Assembly (NCBI RefSeq): GCF_009914755.1
Contig: NC_060938.1
Source of the DNA: the human T2T-CHM13v2.0 reference genome, Homo sapiens
Length of the DNA: 64,000 nt
Reading direction: 5' to 3' (one strand)
The translations under genes and the position numbers were made by a program. Below the pieces are notes generated by a model. That model saw only the letters and a program-made list of their open reading frames with translations, made no database searches and was not told the origin of the DNA. This document shows, in pieces, positions 1 through 17,770 of this stretch (within the stretch, counting starts at the first letter, position 1; every line of letters begins with the position of its first letter).

Positions 1-280
<280 letters not shown>

Positions 281-433
281 TTCTGTGAATTTTTGCCAGA
301 TACAGAAGCAGAAAATCCTGACTTGCACTAACACAGCAGTTAAATGGCTTAGCAGTGGTTAAGTTTTGTTGTGATTTTCTGATCTCAGAACCAAGATTGA
401 AATTTTTCTGAATTAAGAAGAATTGATCTCTGT

Positions 434-529
434 CTTTCTTTTGAGACGGAGTCTGGCTGTTTCCCAGGCTGGAGTGCAGTGGCGCGATCTCAGCTTATTG
501 CAACTTCTGCCTCCCAGGTTCTAGCGATA
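434..529 (-). mobile_element. Truncated Alu (right-arm 3' end)
   Basis: ttttgagacggagtc...ccaggctggagtgcagtggcgcgatc. Confidence 0.85.
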
Positions 530-1249
530 TTATTAAACACTGAATGGATTTGGAAATTAGCTTCTACTGAAGACTCAATACTGTTACCTAATGAATTCAA
601 CCTAAAATTATAAGGCAAAAGCAGCACAATGTAATGTGAAACTTACATTGTGGTAAAGTCATTTGAACAATTAATGCTATTTGAATAACAATATCAAGCT
701 GCTTTATACACTTCTGTGCTATCAAAACTTAAAACAAGAAGTGAGGTCTCCACTGCCACACAAATCTGCAGCAGATATTTTTTGGAGCTTAATTTATAGC
801 TTTAGCACCATACGTTGGACTATCCTCCTTTGGCAAATGCTGGGTCTTGTCTGTCCCTTGTGCTCCAAGACAAAGCCATAAACAAAGGTCAAGTTTACCC
901 AAAGGAAAAATGCCTTCAGGGCAAAAAGCGGCTTTGGCACAATGCCCCTAAATGCCCATTTTCTTTCACAAATTGGCTGGATAGCTCCTCACTATCTTGT
1001 CAGTTCTTTGAAGCTTTTAAGGTGATTGACATTTTAACTAATATCTTTAGTTGTTTTCATTGGAAGTTGTTTTATTCCAAATAAATTGCCCACCAATAAC
1101 AGGAACAGTAGTCTGAACAATTACTTTTTAAAGAAACAATTGTCCTATTGGCAGCAGCTAGGTGGCACTTGGTAATAGCAGTTCTACAATGAAAGGATTA
1201 TGAATAGCTCCTAGCAGAGCACAGAGTGAGGTAAGGTGTAGCCCCCACA

Positions 1250-1790
1250 GTAAGTTTACAGACATATGACCTATGCCATCTCCCATCCCCCAAAAATAGA
1301 CTGGCACAATGACAGTAAATGGCATGACTGATTAGCATACCATAAAAAACATCAGTAATTATCTGGAAACAATTAGGTTGAGTCCCCATCTTACTTCTTA
1401 CACTAAAGGAAGCTTTACATAGATTGGGAGTTAAACATAAAAATATAACCACTAATGTACTGGAAGAATATATTGAAAATTTTTAAAAAATAATTTTGGG
1501 GAAGATTTCTCTATGATACAATCCTAGAAGTCATGAAAGAAAATACTGATAAATTCAGCTATATGAAAAATAACAACAACAACAACAAGAATTTTTGCTT
1601 ACCTAAAACAACCTACACGAAGTAAAAAAAAAAGCAAGTAACAAACTATTGAAATTACTTGCAATTTACATTATAGGCAAAGAGTTAACATCCATAATAT
1701 ATAAAGAGCTGCTAAAAGTAAAGGAGAAAAAGATCAACAACCCTACAGAAAAAATGGCAAGAAATGTGGAAAGTTTACAGAAAGGATTCT
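1250..1790 (+). mobile_element. Old L1M fragments
   Basis: Degenerate A-rich sequence resembling the L1 ORF2 3' region; boundaries approximate. Confidence 0.5.
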
Positions 1791-1994
1791 AGGGAACCAC
1801 CTAACTTTTAAAATTGGTAAATATAGGGAAAGAATTAAGCACCTTTCTGCCTTTATTATAACCAGGATAAACAAATAATTGATGAGAAGAAATTCTCTTT
1901 ATAGAAATATTACAGCTAACAAATGAATAATGAGTGGTAAATGTAAGTATTAGAATGCCACCATTTGAAATTCTTATTAAAATGATAGATTTAG

Positions 1995-2215
1995 GCCATG
2001 CATTCTCAACGGGGGCAATATTTCTTGAAAGGGGTTAAAAATGAATTCTTAGGGGTAAAATATCTTAAATATTACAATGGTTTGCATTCTCTTAAGGGGC
2101 CACAATACAAAAAGAGATACATAGTTGTCTGTGGTCTTAAAATTTCAAAGACAGGGTGTGATCAAGAAAAAAAATGTAAGAAAGTGACAATGAAAAAAGG
2201 TTGGGAAATACTAAT
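1995..2215. mobile_element. hAT-Charlie-like MER DNA transposon
   Basis: catgcattctcaacgggggc...ggttgggaaatact termini; a related copy lies at ~36590. Confidence 0.5.
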
Positions 2216-2742
2216 CTAGACGATAATCATCAATGGCTGCTACTAGAAAAAACGGAGACTACACATTACATACCATCAAGCAGGAGTACATCACCACCTA
2301 GGAAATATCCTGAAAATTCATAACTGTATCTCATCAAACCTCTAAATCTAACTACCAATTTACAGGATACAGGGAACACAGACTATGTTAAAATACACTA
2401 TGGGTATGCAATTAGCCAAATCCAGAATGTGGGAAACGCTGAATAAACTGTAAGAAGAACAAAAAGGGAAGGAAGAAAGCTGTAGAATAAAAGAGACTGA
2501 AAAGACATATCAGCAAACGCAATATATGAAGCTCATTTGGGTCCTGATTTTAAGAAATCATAAAAATATTTTATGAGACAATCAGGAATTTCTATACTAG
2601 CTAGATACAGAACACTGTGTGATAACAGTATTGTGGTGATGTTTGAGATATCTTTTAAAGATACAAACAGAAATATTTACAGATGAAATCAGGGAAAAAA
2701 AAGACAAACTGGGGTAAACAAATCTCAATTCCTAAATTTGAT

Positions 2743-2915
2743 CAGTGGTTCTCAAACTTTTGAGTATATCGTAGTCACTTGGAAGGCTTCTGAAATCACA
2801 AATCGCTCAATTTCTGGTATTAGGTCCTGTAAAAGGCCTGAGAATTTGCATTTCTTACACATTCTTAGGTAATGCTGATGTTGCTCGTCTAGGAACCACA
2901 CTTTGAGAACCACTA
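2743..2915. mobile_element. MER5A-like DNA transposon
   Basis: Terminal inverted repeats cagtggttctcaaac / ctttgagaaccact. Confidence 0.8.
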
Positions 2916-3580
2916 TCACAGACAAGGTTTCTAATTTCTTTAATATATAAACAGGTATCATTAGATCTTATTTAAAATCAAGTAGAGAAAAAGACCTATG
3001 AACTAACAGAAAATAGGCAAACAGCTTGAACAGGTCAAAGAAAAAAATGTCCTCTAAACATATAAAAACATAACAACCCTCAATATAAGAGAAATACATA
3101 TTTTCAAATATAACAAGGTATCATTTTTCACCTTTTGGGATTATAATTAGTTCTGTTAAGGGTGTGAGAAAACAGGCACTGGTAATATATTCACAATAGG
3201 TGTATAAATTGTTGCTGCCTCTATGTAAGGCCTTATCTATCAAAATTTAAAATGCACACATCCTTTGACTACTGCTAAACATTTATCAGAGATATTCATA
3301 CATGTACAAAATGACAAATGTATAATGATATTCACTGCAAGCCCTGTATTTCTAAAATACACAAAACTGGAGGAAACTAATCTTCCATCAGTAATGGATT
3401 AGTTGAATAAATTACAGTATATCCATGCAGTGAAATATTATATTCCTGTTAAAAAGGAGGAGGTAGTTTTGTACATTCTGATATGGAACAAACTCCATAT
3501 CATATATTTGTAAGAGAAAAAATATTACTAATAATTCTATTAATTTTCAGTATTACTTATGTTCATTTGTTATACCATGA

Positions 3581-3910
<330 letters not shown>

Positions 3911-3974
3911 ATGTTTTCTTTATGTTTATCTAAGGATACATTCCAGCCTATGGAATTAGTTTATAATTTGCTTA

Positions 3975-5190
<1,216 letters not shown>

Positions 5191-6452
5191 ATAATTCCAA
5201 TCTTCCTAAATTGAAGTTAATTTTGTACCTTTTATATCTTAGATGTGAGACAGAAGAAATATGTAAGTCCTTGATCTATACTCACATTTTCTTCAATTGT
5301 CCATGTTGTTTTCTACATGAAATATTTGTCTTTTTATGTACCTAGTTCCTACCCATCCTTCAAGACATGTACTCTTCTTCCTTCTCCCTTGTAGACAACT
5401 CTAGCCATGTCTACTTGCTCAGCCAGTCTTATAACACTTCAGTCTGCATTGTTCAATAAGTACTCAATTAGTAAATTACCTTTATAGAATTGTATTCTTT
5501 TCCTTTTAATAATCTTTTTACTTGTCTATATTTCTTCAATATACTTATAATATCATTAAAAAGAGAGAATTTTACTTTTTCTGCCTACTCCTGAATGTCT
5601 TTTGTAATCTTAGGAAAGCTACCGTGTTTTTCAGTTTTCTCATGTGTGTTACATGGCCAATATAAAGACACCGTGTACCTCACAATGTTCTTGTGAGGAT
5701 CAGATAAGAAAAAGTCTCAAATTATTTTGTAAGCTTTAAAGCACAATAATGTTTAGCAAAACTAATGAAAATAAAATACCAATTAACATTTACATGCTTA
5801 TTATGTGCTATCCTTATAAACATTTGAGAAATATCAATTCATATATAGGATCCTATATCCTAAATAATATATTTATTCTTATTCTCCTTATTTACAGTGA
5901 GGGTAAATTACCAGCCCAAGGTCACACAACTTGTAGGTGACTGGAATATGGTTTAAACACAAACCTGTGGGTAGCTTTTATAGTAAAAGGTCCTGTTTTA
6001 TTACATCAATTTTTTTTAATCCCCAAGAGAAAAAAAAAAAATCCCCCAATTGCTGACAAATTTGGGTGAAGGAAAAATACACCTATCCACATTTAAATTA
6101 TCCTGAACAAAAGTTTCCCAACCCTCAATATTTACCCCCAACTGTTTATTTAGAATAGTTTGTTAAATAGTTATATTTAGCATTCTAATAGTAAAATACT
6201 TTCAAAATCCAAAGATACCTAAGTGAGTACCTCTCACATCTCTCTATAGGTCCCATTATAATAGATATTAGACTTATGAAAGAATCTTTCTCCTAACAAT
6301 GAACCTAAACTCTTTACAGGCAAAATTTCTCCTTAATAGAAGAATTTTAATCAAATGCATACAGGGTGAAGAGGCAAATATAAGTCTTATTTATATTTAC
6401 AAAACTTACATTTATACTCACTGAAAGAAAGAGATAATCTTTGGGAAGTTTA

Positions 6453-6626
<174 letters not shown>

Positions 6627-6799
6627 CTAGAAGAGGAAATAAAATAATTTAACGACAAATATTTTTTAAGAACATCTACTATATGAAGGTAGAAACCCTT
6701 TTAAACCAATTTAACAATATTTTGGTAGGATATAAGAATAAACAAATACATCAGAAAACACAAAAGAAAATCTAGAAGTAAGTCCATAAGAACTTAATA

Positions 6800-7054
6800 C
6801 AGTTGCCCCTTGTGGATTTGAACTTCACTGGCTCACTTATATGGATTTTTTCAATAAATACAGTCAGCTGTGTATCCACAGTTCCACATTAGCAATGAAA
6901 CCCAGATCAAAATACAATCTTTGTGGGATGCAAAACCCATAGATAGGGAGGGCTTTACATATGCAGGTTTCCCAGGGCAAGACTTGAGTATGTGTAGATT
7001 TTGGTATCTGTGGTTCTGGAGCCAATCCCCCCCAAAATATCAAGGCATGACTAT
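6800..7054. mobile_element. Tigger2-family MITE (MER8/MER28-like)
   Basis: TA-flanked cagttgccccttg...caaggcatgacta termini. Confidence 0.65.
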
Positions 7055-7944
7055 ATATAACCAAGGTGGTATTTAATTATATGGATAGAACATAAAAGAA
7101 AATAAATTTAATTCCTATACCACATGTAAAAATGAATTATACATGAACTTAAAAAATAACTATTTATAACTAAATATAAAACAAGAATATTAGAAAAATT
7201 CAGAATAACATTTAGGTAACTTTGGGCTGTGAGAGACTTTTCTAGGCATGGCAGATCACCCACAAGTTTTAAATTTGTTCATATGAGAAAAGATGTAATA
7301 AGCAAAGACAAACAGATTGGAGAAATATTTGCAACATGTATGACTGTCAAAAGATTAATAACCCTAATATTCAAATGAATAAAGGAAAGAAAACCAATTC
7401 AACAACCACAAAAAATTTAAAAAGTAAAAAAGAAAAGGGTAGGAAAACCCAATTAATAGAAATGTAATGCACTGAGGACTTTTCTACACAAAGATCTTGC
7501 TGTTAACAACATGGCAGCTTTGTGCTATCTAGCTCCCTTTACTTTGTAAGGGGGACCCAAACTGCTAAAAAGCTCAAACCAAAAAACGCTAAGAATTTAA
7601 ACAGCAGATTTCTTTTTAAGTTTAGTAAGTTATTTACACGAAAATTTAATTGCCTCTGGTAAATTAGCCTCAAGAGCACTAGCTTTATTCTGGTGTGGTT
7701 AATCTAGAATACTTTTAGATTGAAGTCAACAAGCTTTTTTTCAACACTACTCTTCAGAAAGACACCATACTAAAGCAATAGCTTTAACAAGATACTAATT
7801 ATACTAATGTAATAAATATCAATGAGTCTAATTGATTTCTTCATTGAAATCTTGAAAACAAATAGATAATTCAGTTAGAAAAGCATTTTCAAGCAACCAA
7901 ACTGACTAGAAACAATATACTATATTACGCAGTCTATCATTCTA

Positions 7945-8184
<240 letters not shown>

Positions 8185-8476
8185 CTAAAAGGTATATAGT
8201 ATAATCAAATTACCAAAGAATTCTTATAAAATAAAGTAAAACATTCCCAATACTTTGATGCTATATTAGAGCAGTGAGCTAAAAATTAACTAAGAAATTG
8301 CCTTATGATAAAATAGCATTCAATGTTCAGATTCTCATCCTAGTGCTGTCAAAAGCTACGTTATAGCATAGCTATATAGTCACTGGTTTCAATTCTTATC
8401 TGTAAGAATAAGGGGTTTGAATCAGATTATTTTTAAAATATGCTATGCTTTCCTTAGGTTTCTGAAAAGAAATCTA

Positions 8477-8794
<318 letters not shown>

Positions 8795-9172
8795 TTAAAA
8801 AGTTGGGAATCGGTTAGCAATGAAAATGAAGGTAAGTCATCATAGACTAAGAAGAAGAAAAAGGACCAAATCTAACATACTCTCTCTGATAGAAACATTA
8901 AGGATAGGAAAAAAAGAGTATGCTACAGCTCACGGTAACTGCAGCTCACTGTAACTATAATATTTGATATTTTCAAAGCTGAGCAATTGCTTTGCTTGTA
9001 AAGCTTAAAAAAATAAGATAGATGTCCATGTGGAATGATTTGTTCATTCTTGGGAGAAAATAAGAAGTTAACCATGAATCTTCATTACCAGGGCTTTTGT
9101 TCTATTAGGTGGAATTAGGTAAATTTTTATAGTTCACGGAGAGAAATTTAAAGAAAAAGGAGTTGGGGGGAA

Positions 9173-9340
9173 GTGGACACAGTGGCAAACGCCTGTAGTC
9201 TCAGCAACTTGGGAGGCTGAGGTGGGAGGATGGTTTGAGGCCAGGAGTTTGAGGCTACAGTGAGCTATAAATCACACCTGTGAATAGCTACTGCACTCCA
9301 GCATGGGCCACATGGTAGGATCCCATCTCTAAAAAATAAA
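9173..9340 (+). mobile_element. FAM fossil Alu monomer
   Basis: Single monomer retaining the 7SL-derived cctgtgaatagc(t)actgcactccagc segment. Confidence 0.8.
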
Positions 9341-9652
9341 CCAAAAAAATGGGACAGGGCAGAGATACATACATTAAATAGTTCTGCATAAAGAAATTAG
9401 GCCCAAAGAAAAAATTCAACTTTGTAATAAGTAATTAACATTTAAAATAATTTATTATCATATATTCTTATTTTAAAATTTGAAGCCTCAAAGAACTAAA
9501 AATTATGATCATTATCTATTCAAAGATCTAATGAGTACTTTAATTAAACTTTGTAATTTTTAAACTTAAAATCTCCATAATTTGTGTACATAAGTGGCTT
9601 GTTTTCTTTCTTTCAGCATGTCCTAATTTGAATCCATTATTTTCTTCTAGAT

Positions 9653-10020
9653 CAGTGATTCCCAATGTTAGCTTCACATTAGAATCACCTGGGAAATCAT
9701 AAAATGGGATGCCTGGACTCCCAATTGAGATGAACTGAGACAGAATCTCTGAAGCATGAAGCCCAGGTACCCAAATTATTTTGATGCTCAGCAAGGGTTA
9801 AGAACTATTGTTCTAGAATCCAAATCAATATTGACCAATAGAAATTTCAGTGATGATGAAAATATTACACACACACACACGCTTTCCAATACAGTAACCA
9901 CTACTAGATACATAAGCATATGAAATGTACTGCTAGTGTGACTGAGGAAATGAATTTTAAGTTTCATTTAACTAATTTGTGTTTAAATAGCTATGTATGG
10001 TTGGACAGTGCAGTTCTAGA
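9653..10020. mobile_element. Adjacent MER5-like and MER3/MER33-like DNA transposons
   Basis: cacattagaatcacctggg...ttaagaactattg, then ccaatagaaatt...ttggacagtgcag. Confidence 0.6.
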
Positions 10021-10714
10021 TCATCTCTGGGAATTAATTTCCTCACATGTATTGCCTGCAAAGAGAACTATGTTACTATTCATTTCTTCTAGCAAAGGGA
10101 AAGAAATGTAACTCATTATAAAAATATAGTTTATTTAGTTTGAGATAAGCTTTTTATAAAAACCTGAAAATGGAGCCTTTAGCTTTACTTACAATATAAA
10201 ATAGTAAGATCTCCTTATTCATAATTAATTTGCCAATCACTTATTAAGCACTTAATATATATCAAGTACCATATCAAACACACTGTCCATCAAAGATGAA
10301 CAAGACAAAAATACCTTCACAGTGCTTATATCATGTGCCTTAAAGCCCAGCATACAGCCTTTTTGGTATTAAATATTTGTCAAAAAATAAATATTTACTA
10401 CTATCCATCAATCAAATCAATACCAGAATAACAAATCAAGAATTGCAGCAGCAGTGAAAGATGCACTGGAGAAAACGTGGATGGAGTTAGGCATATTGAA
10501 ATAAAGAATGTGAACACAGAACCTTAATTAATTCACTAGGAATTAACTGTTACCAGGAACTGTTACATCAGACAGTGGAAGTAAAGCAAGTTAATTCCAA
10601 TTTGTTCCAATGATTTAAAAGTAACTATAAACATAATAATGAATATCACCACTGACTTTACAGGCTTCAAAATCTGAGCTGTAATTATAAAACAAAACCC
10701 AGAGCTTTCATAAG

Positions 10715-11022
10715 CAAAGTAAATAGTGGCTATCAAGGCTGAGAGAGGGACAAGGAGAGATTTGTTAAAGGATACAAAATTGTAACTAGAGAGGAGGAAT
10801 AAGTTCTACTACTCTATACCACTGTAGAATGAGTATAGGTAATATGAATACACAGTTTCAAATAGCTAGAAGGAGGATATTGAATGGTCCTAAAACAAAG
10901 AAATAGCAAATGTTTGGGATGATAGCTAATTACCCTAATCTGATCACCATACATTTTTATGTATCAAAACATCACTATGTACCCATGAATATGTACTATC
11001 ATTATTTGTCAAAAAAAAAATT
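10715..11022 (+). mobile_element. L1MA 3' end
   Basis: aatagctagaaggaggatattgaatg...tgtacccatgaatatgtac followed by an A tail. Confidence 0.75.
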
Positions 11023-11089
11023 TAAAGGCTGAGGTCAAATCAGGGAGCAAATATAGAAAAAGGAAAAGCAACACTTTCAGAAAGCAGAC

Positions 11090-11265
11090 CATGTGTTAGG
11101 CACTATGACAAGCACTTGAATATACACTGCCGCCTTATTTAATCATCAATTCTTTGAGGATGGTAACAGCAGTCACAGTTTTAAAATGTGAAAATAAAAG
11201 CTCAAAGAGGTTAAATAACTCATAACAGGTTAAACAGCTAATAAATGGCAAAGCCAGGTCTACTC
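11090..11265 (-). mobile_element. MIR
   Basis: gctcaaagaggttaaataact...acagctaataaatggcaaagccagg core. Confidence 0.6.
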
Positions 11266-11523
11266 ATGTTGCTTCTCCCACACCATTCTATGTAAATGAA
11301 AAACTCTTCATTTCTTTCCTATTCTCAACATTTTACTTTGTAAGTGAAACATGAAGAAACAGGATGGACACAGTAAATCCTGCCTCACTAGACTACAGAT
11401 TTCTTTATGGAATGTGGCTTATTAATTTCCTATTCATACCTATATTCCTTACAATAGTTCAAAGCAAATAATATATATATTTGTTTGACTGAACATAAGA
11501 ACAATAAAAACATTGCCATTTTA

Positions 11524-11751
<228 letters not shown>

Positions 11752-12771
11752 TTAAAAATCCTGTCCAAAAGACCAAATGGCCCAAACTCCTAATCATAAA
11801 ATAATATTCCTCAATAAATAATAATCAACATCCCACACTTCAAAATCTTATGAGAAATAAAGTAAATTTGAAAATGATAAGAAATAAAAAGCATTTCTTC
11901 ATTTCTATGAACTTCAAACACTACTGGAGTAAAATTTAACACCTCTGTTTATTTTTAATTTTTAAAAAAATTTGGTCCATAAATAACAAGAATGGTTGAA
12001 CAGAATTAGGACACGAAGGGAGGTGCTTGCATAATTTCTACAGAAAAGAGATTCAGAATGGAACGTGACACTTACACAGCCTAGAAATAAGAAACACCTT
12101 TATAGCTTTCTATCACTCAGAACTGTTTACATAAAGAATCCAAACACTGATTTTACAGTAATTTTTTTCACTGTTTAAAGGTCAAAGTTAACTCAAATTT
12201 TGGGGAGTCTCCAGGCTTCATTATTTTCTAAAATTCCATAAATTCTAAATACATGCAAAACATTTTGTTACAAAAGCAAACAAGCAAAAACCCAGGTGAA
12301 ATAAAATACGAATGAGAAATGTAATTAAACAAATGATGAAAGAAAAACTAACATTTAAAAAATAATTCATTTATTCTGCTTTCTGGTAGTCGTCATGTTT
12401 CTTTGACACCTTATCAACCTACCTCTAAAAGGTTTACATTTTTGGTATACTAAAATGTACACTTCACATTTTGGTATACTCCAAAAATTTACAAAGTGAT
12501 GCTCTTTAGTGATAATGAAGAAAGAATACATATTACAGTTAATATTTAACAACTCACCATAATACAGATTATATGAAAAACATATCAATGCAACTTTGAA
12601 ATATTCAACCACAATAATACTTTCAAAAACTCCATTGACAGTGTCATATTTTGTAACGGGTCTATTTATATAAATTCCAAATAGTCATGTGCAAAATGCT
12701 TTGATCTAAGCAGGTAAGAACATGCCAGCTGTCTAATAAAATATATCCAACATTTTAATAATGGTCTAAAT

Positions 12772-12772
12772 T

Positions 12773-12810
<38 letters not shown>
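12772..12810. repeat. (TG)n microsatellite
   Basis: About 15 uninterrupted GT units plus an imperfect extension. Confidence 0.95.
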
Positions 12811-12814
<4 letters not shown>

Positions 12815-13439
12815 GGCCTCTCTGTGCACCTACTAAAAACCAAATGTATTCTCCAAAATGCGAATATACACAAAATTTTCTACCCAACTTTTAGAATGAT
12901 AAATTCCCACCAAATACAGTCATTGGCCATGCCTCTGTGCTGGTTCAGGTTAGGATTTTACTACATATACATACACACAAATTAGACACTTTTAGGAGTT
13001 TACAACTTTTTTGATCTACATCCATAAAAATAGTATAATATTTAATTAAAAGCTGGCTATGATGTATTGTTTATATACAATTTGGAATGAGGAATATATA
13101 TTCTAACAAGTCATCAGTTAAAAATGTTAGGTCTCTAAAAAATGTAATAGTAATACGTAATTTTAAATCCACACAAGCAACATTATTTTTCACCTTAACC
13201 ATAATACATATGTAACAAATTAGTGGTAAACCAAACTAAACAGACCCTAGGCTCAAACCATTCAATTTTTAAATTGAGATTTGAATAATGGGTGTCTGCA
13301 TATGTCAAACCCATCAAACTTCACACCTTAAATATGTGCATCCCTATGTATATCAATTATATTTCAATAAAACTGTTTTAAAAAATGTAAAGAAAATACA
13401 TTGTTTTTACTGAAGCAAACACCAGGTTAAAAGTCTTAT

Positions 13440-13562
13440 ACCTAATGTAGATGATGGGTTGATGGGTGCAGCAAACCTCCATGGCACGTGTATACCTATG
13501 TAACAAACCTGCACGTTCTGCACATGTACCCCAGAACTTAAAAGTATAATAAAAAAAAGAAA
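13440..13562 (+). mobile_element. 5'-truncated L1PA 3' end with TSD
   Basis: L1PA 3' UTR terminus and A tail; TSD aaaagtcttat (13429-13439 / 13563-13573) at a TT|AAAA endonuclease site. Confidence 0.9.
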
Positions 13563-13781
13563 AAAAGTCTTATGCCAATGCTATACATATCAAATCATGT
13601 TTCCAAGTCCTACAATACATATGTACTCTAACACTTTAAGACTTTTTACATCTGTACAATTATTTACCAATTGTAAAATTTTAATTACATATGACCTATC
13701 TGGCAATAACAAAATACAGAAGAATAAAATCTCCTGAACTCTCTTCTGGTCTTTCCCTTCCAGTACTCATTAGAAATCTCA

Positions 13782-13958
<177 letters not shown>

Positions 13959-14104
13959 TTACAAATAGCAAAGAAATTATACTCATGGGTTTTTATAAAC
14001 ATAAAACATATATGCCTATATTTTATAGACCTCATAAAGGCTGAATGTATTTCACCTTGTTAGTGTTTCCACATATGTATAGATCTTCACATTATGAAAC
14101 AGAA

Positions 14105-17100
14105 GAGAGACTTCCATTTCTAACAGTAGGATTGACAAAATATCCTAAATATACCTCCTACCAAAAACTAAAAATACTAGATAAAATGTAAAATCATGTT
14201 TTTAAATGGACTGATGAGCTGTCGAAAAATTAAGAAATTTTCCAGTGGGAAACCTGGAGGATGAGAAAACACCTACACCTACTGGACTCTAAAGGCATCG
14301 GGTGAATACTTGTACCCCTGATTTCTGTGCTGTGGGCTGAGGAAGATAGGAGACAAAGTCTAGGGCCTACCTAAGGTGGGGATTTGAATTGCAGACCGCC
14401 TCTGATTAAAGCAGTAAACCTCTCGGAAACAACAAATAACCCCTTCCTAAAGAAGCGGAGGCAACTCATGAAGAGGGAGAAACACCTCCCTGAACATTTG
14501 TAACCACAAGCATCCTTCACATGGTTGCTGGCCTAAATTCTCATTAAACATGAATCCTTCAACTAGGAAATTTAATTCAAAGTAGTCTTCAGGGTTGGCT
14601 GTGTCTTCAAGCAACTTCAACAATGTGGCCCAAGCAAATATAAATCCTAAATGAAGTACCGCAACTTTGATCTATCCCTCAAAGAATTCCTACAGGTAGC
14701 AATTCAATCAAAATAAGCTAAACAAACAAACAAAAAAAAAAGGGTCAGGTGCGGTGGCTCACACTGTAATCCCAGCACTTTGGAAGGCCAAGGCAGGTGG
14801 ATTGCTTGAGGCCAGGAGATTGAGACCAGCCTGGGCAACACGTTGAAACCCCGTCTCTACTAAAATTACAAAAATTAGCCAGGCGTGGTGACTCACGCCT
14901 GTAATTCCATCTACTCGGGAGGCTGAGGCAGGGGAATCACTTGAACCCAGGAGGTAGAGGTTGCAGAGAGCTGAGGTCGTTCCACTGCACTCTAGCCTGG
15001 GAGACAGAGAGAGACTCTGTCTCAAAAAATAGTAATAATAAGCTGAAAAAATAAACAAACCACCCCACCCACACACACAAACACAACAAAATAAGAAACC
15101 ATGAGTGAGAATGGGCAAGTCACAACAAACAGCAAAGTCGGCCTTGCAAAAAACATCAGATATGGCATTATTAGTTAAATAACATAAGCTTAACGTGAGA
15201 AATAAGCTTAATGTGCGAAATAAAATTAAGGATTCAAAATATCTGTATATGAGCAAAGAATACGAGACTATAAAAAGTATCCAAGGAGACCTGAAGAAGC
15301 AAACGGAACTTCCAGAAACAAAAAATAAAATAAGTTAAAAATTCAATGGAAGAGTTAAATACAAGATTAGCAGGAGATGAAAAGACAAAGTTGAAAACAG
15401 AAGTGGACAGTGAGACCGAAAGTATGAGAGAGGTTTAAAAACACAAAAGATGGACTTCTAGCCATGAAGGAGTATCAAGGTCTGAACTTACCCTCCCCGA
15501 CCCACCCCTGCCATAAACAGCTAGAAACTGTACAGAATACATGAAACAAATGTTTTCAGACATTTGCAACTGGAAGTAAAGCACTGTGAACCCTGAAAGA
15601 GGGGAAAACAAATAAATTAAGTCCTGTAATCACCCGAGCTTCCATCTAGGAGGCAATTTCTAGACCATGGCACAGAAAGGTGGAATCCAAATAGAGCCTG
15701 GTAGACTTACTAATTTGGACAAACAGAGCCTGGAGTTCAGAGAGGACAAGATGCCTAGAATTTGCAGAGCAGGAAAAGAGCTCCAGTAAAACTATCTATA
15801 GTAAGATTTGAGAATATTAATCTCTGCATGCATAGGATGAACTCTATGAGGTCATGCAAAGAAGAAATTCTAGAAAAAGAACAATTACTAGAGAGCTAAA
15901 AGCAAAAAATTCTCAGAGATCACAAAGGGTCCAGAATCACTCAAATTCTCAATAACCAGAATGAAGATACCTCTTTGAACTCGCTGGGCAGTCATTAGGA
16001 ATCCTGAGGTCAGGAGGAGAGTGTCATACCTTAATAGTGAAATTATACCAGTAATTCTAGAGCAAAAGCTACTCTAGTGCTGCCTCATCAAAGTTTGAAA
16101 GCAAGCTTTTCACAAAGATGAAACTGATTCATGAGGAACTTGACTATTTGCCAGAACAGTGTCCATATACTTTAAAAGGATATAATAAAATTACAGGTAT
16201 GTGAAGAAACAGGAAAATGTGACTAATAACCTGGGGAAAATCACTCAATAGAAACAGACTCAGGAAACCCAGAGATAATTAAAATTAGGAGACATTTGCT
16301 GTTAAAATTAACATTTTCAAGACAAGAATTATCTCAAACATACCAAGAATAAAAAAAGATATAAAAGAACAACACAGAAAACTGTTACATTATCTAAAAT
16401 GAAAATTTACTCCAAAGGATTAACAGCAGCTCAGACAATGATGAAAAGATAAATAAACTTGAAGACACAGCAATAGAACCCATCCAAAATAAAGTACAGA
16501 AAGAAAAAGAAAAAAAGAATTGACAGAGCTTCAATGACCTGCAGGAAAATATCAAGTGGTCTAACATACAGGTAATCATGGCTCTAGAAGGAGAGAAAAG
16601 ACAGAGGAAAAGAAAAAAAAAAACTGAAGAAATAATAGTAAAAAGTTTCCTAAATTGATGAAACCATAAATCCACAAATTTAAGACGTTCAACAAATCCC
16701 AAGCAGGATAATCATTCACACAGAAAAAACACACAAGACACATGGCAAACAAATTGCTGAAGCCATCGCTAAAGGGCAAATTCTAAACAGCAGCCAGACA
16801 AAAAAGGACAACTGCTGTATGGAGGAACAAAGATTTAAAAATTATCCTAGACTGCTCATCCAAAGTGATGTAAGTTAGAAGACAATGGACAAACAGTTTA
16901 AAGTGCTGAGGCAGAAAAAAGTCAGCACAGAATTGTATACTAAGCAAAAATATCCTTTGAAAATTGAGTCAAAACAAAGTCTTTTTCAAGCAAACAAAAG
17001 CTGAGAAAATGAATCATCAGTAAACCTGCACTACAAGATATGATCATGAAAGTTTTCTCATGCAGAAGTAAAATGATACCAAATAGAAACAACTTACACA

Positions 17101-17500
17101 TATGAGAGTGTCCAAGTGGTTAAATATGTAAGATTTTTCTCATTAAAAAAGTTTTAACAACTATTTACGGCAAAATAACAGTTATTATGGGGTTTTCAAA
17201 ATATGTAGAAGTATTAATAAATAAATGACGATAGCACCATAAACAGAAGAAAGGAAACAGCAGAATATACTTTTTCATATTCTTTCCAAATATACATGAA
17301 ATATCATGAAGATCACAAAAATTTGGATTACAAAGTGTCAATAAATTTTAAAAAATTAAAATACAGAGTATGTTCTCTGACAAAAACAGAATTAGAGTAA
17401 CAGAATGTTATCCAGAAAATCTCCCAAATATTTGGAAATTAACAACATACTTCTAAGTAACTGAAAGGTCACAGAAGAAATAACAAGAAAAATGTGAGGA
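14105..17500 (+). mobile_element. Old L1M 5' UTR/ORF1 fragments (probably two elements; second 5' end near 15450)
   Basis: gacttc-type 5' starts and degenerate ORF1-like A-rich sequence at 16400-17100. Confidence 0.6.
14743..15029 (+). mobile_element. AluS
   Basis: Full dimer. Confidence 0.92.
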
Positions 17501-17539
17501 AAAACCCACAACACATACTGTGAAAAGTACTGGTTTAGA

Positions 17540-17770
17540 GCAGGGGTCAGCAAAGTACAACTCTCAAGCCAAATCCTGTCTGTACCTATGTTTTTGTAAA
17601 TAAAGTTTTACTGGAATATAGCCACACTCATTCCTTCGTGCATTGTCTATGACTGCTTTCACACTGCACTGCAATGCAGAGCTGAGTAGTTATAGCAAAG
17701 ACCAAATGGCCCACAAAGTTTAAAATATTTACTATTTCACTTACTATAGACAGCTTATCAAATGGTGGTT
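17540..17770. mobile_element. MER58A inserted in a MIR
   Basis: caggggtcagcaaa...tttgtaaataaagttttactggaa; 8-bp TSD-like gtttagag / gtttggag. Confidence 0.75.

Noticed and set aside
9173-9340. 7SL RNA gene
   Set aside because: It lacks most of the S domain and is diverged; it is a FAM monomer.
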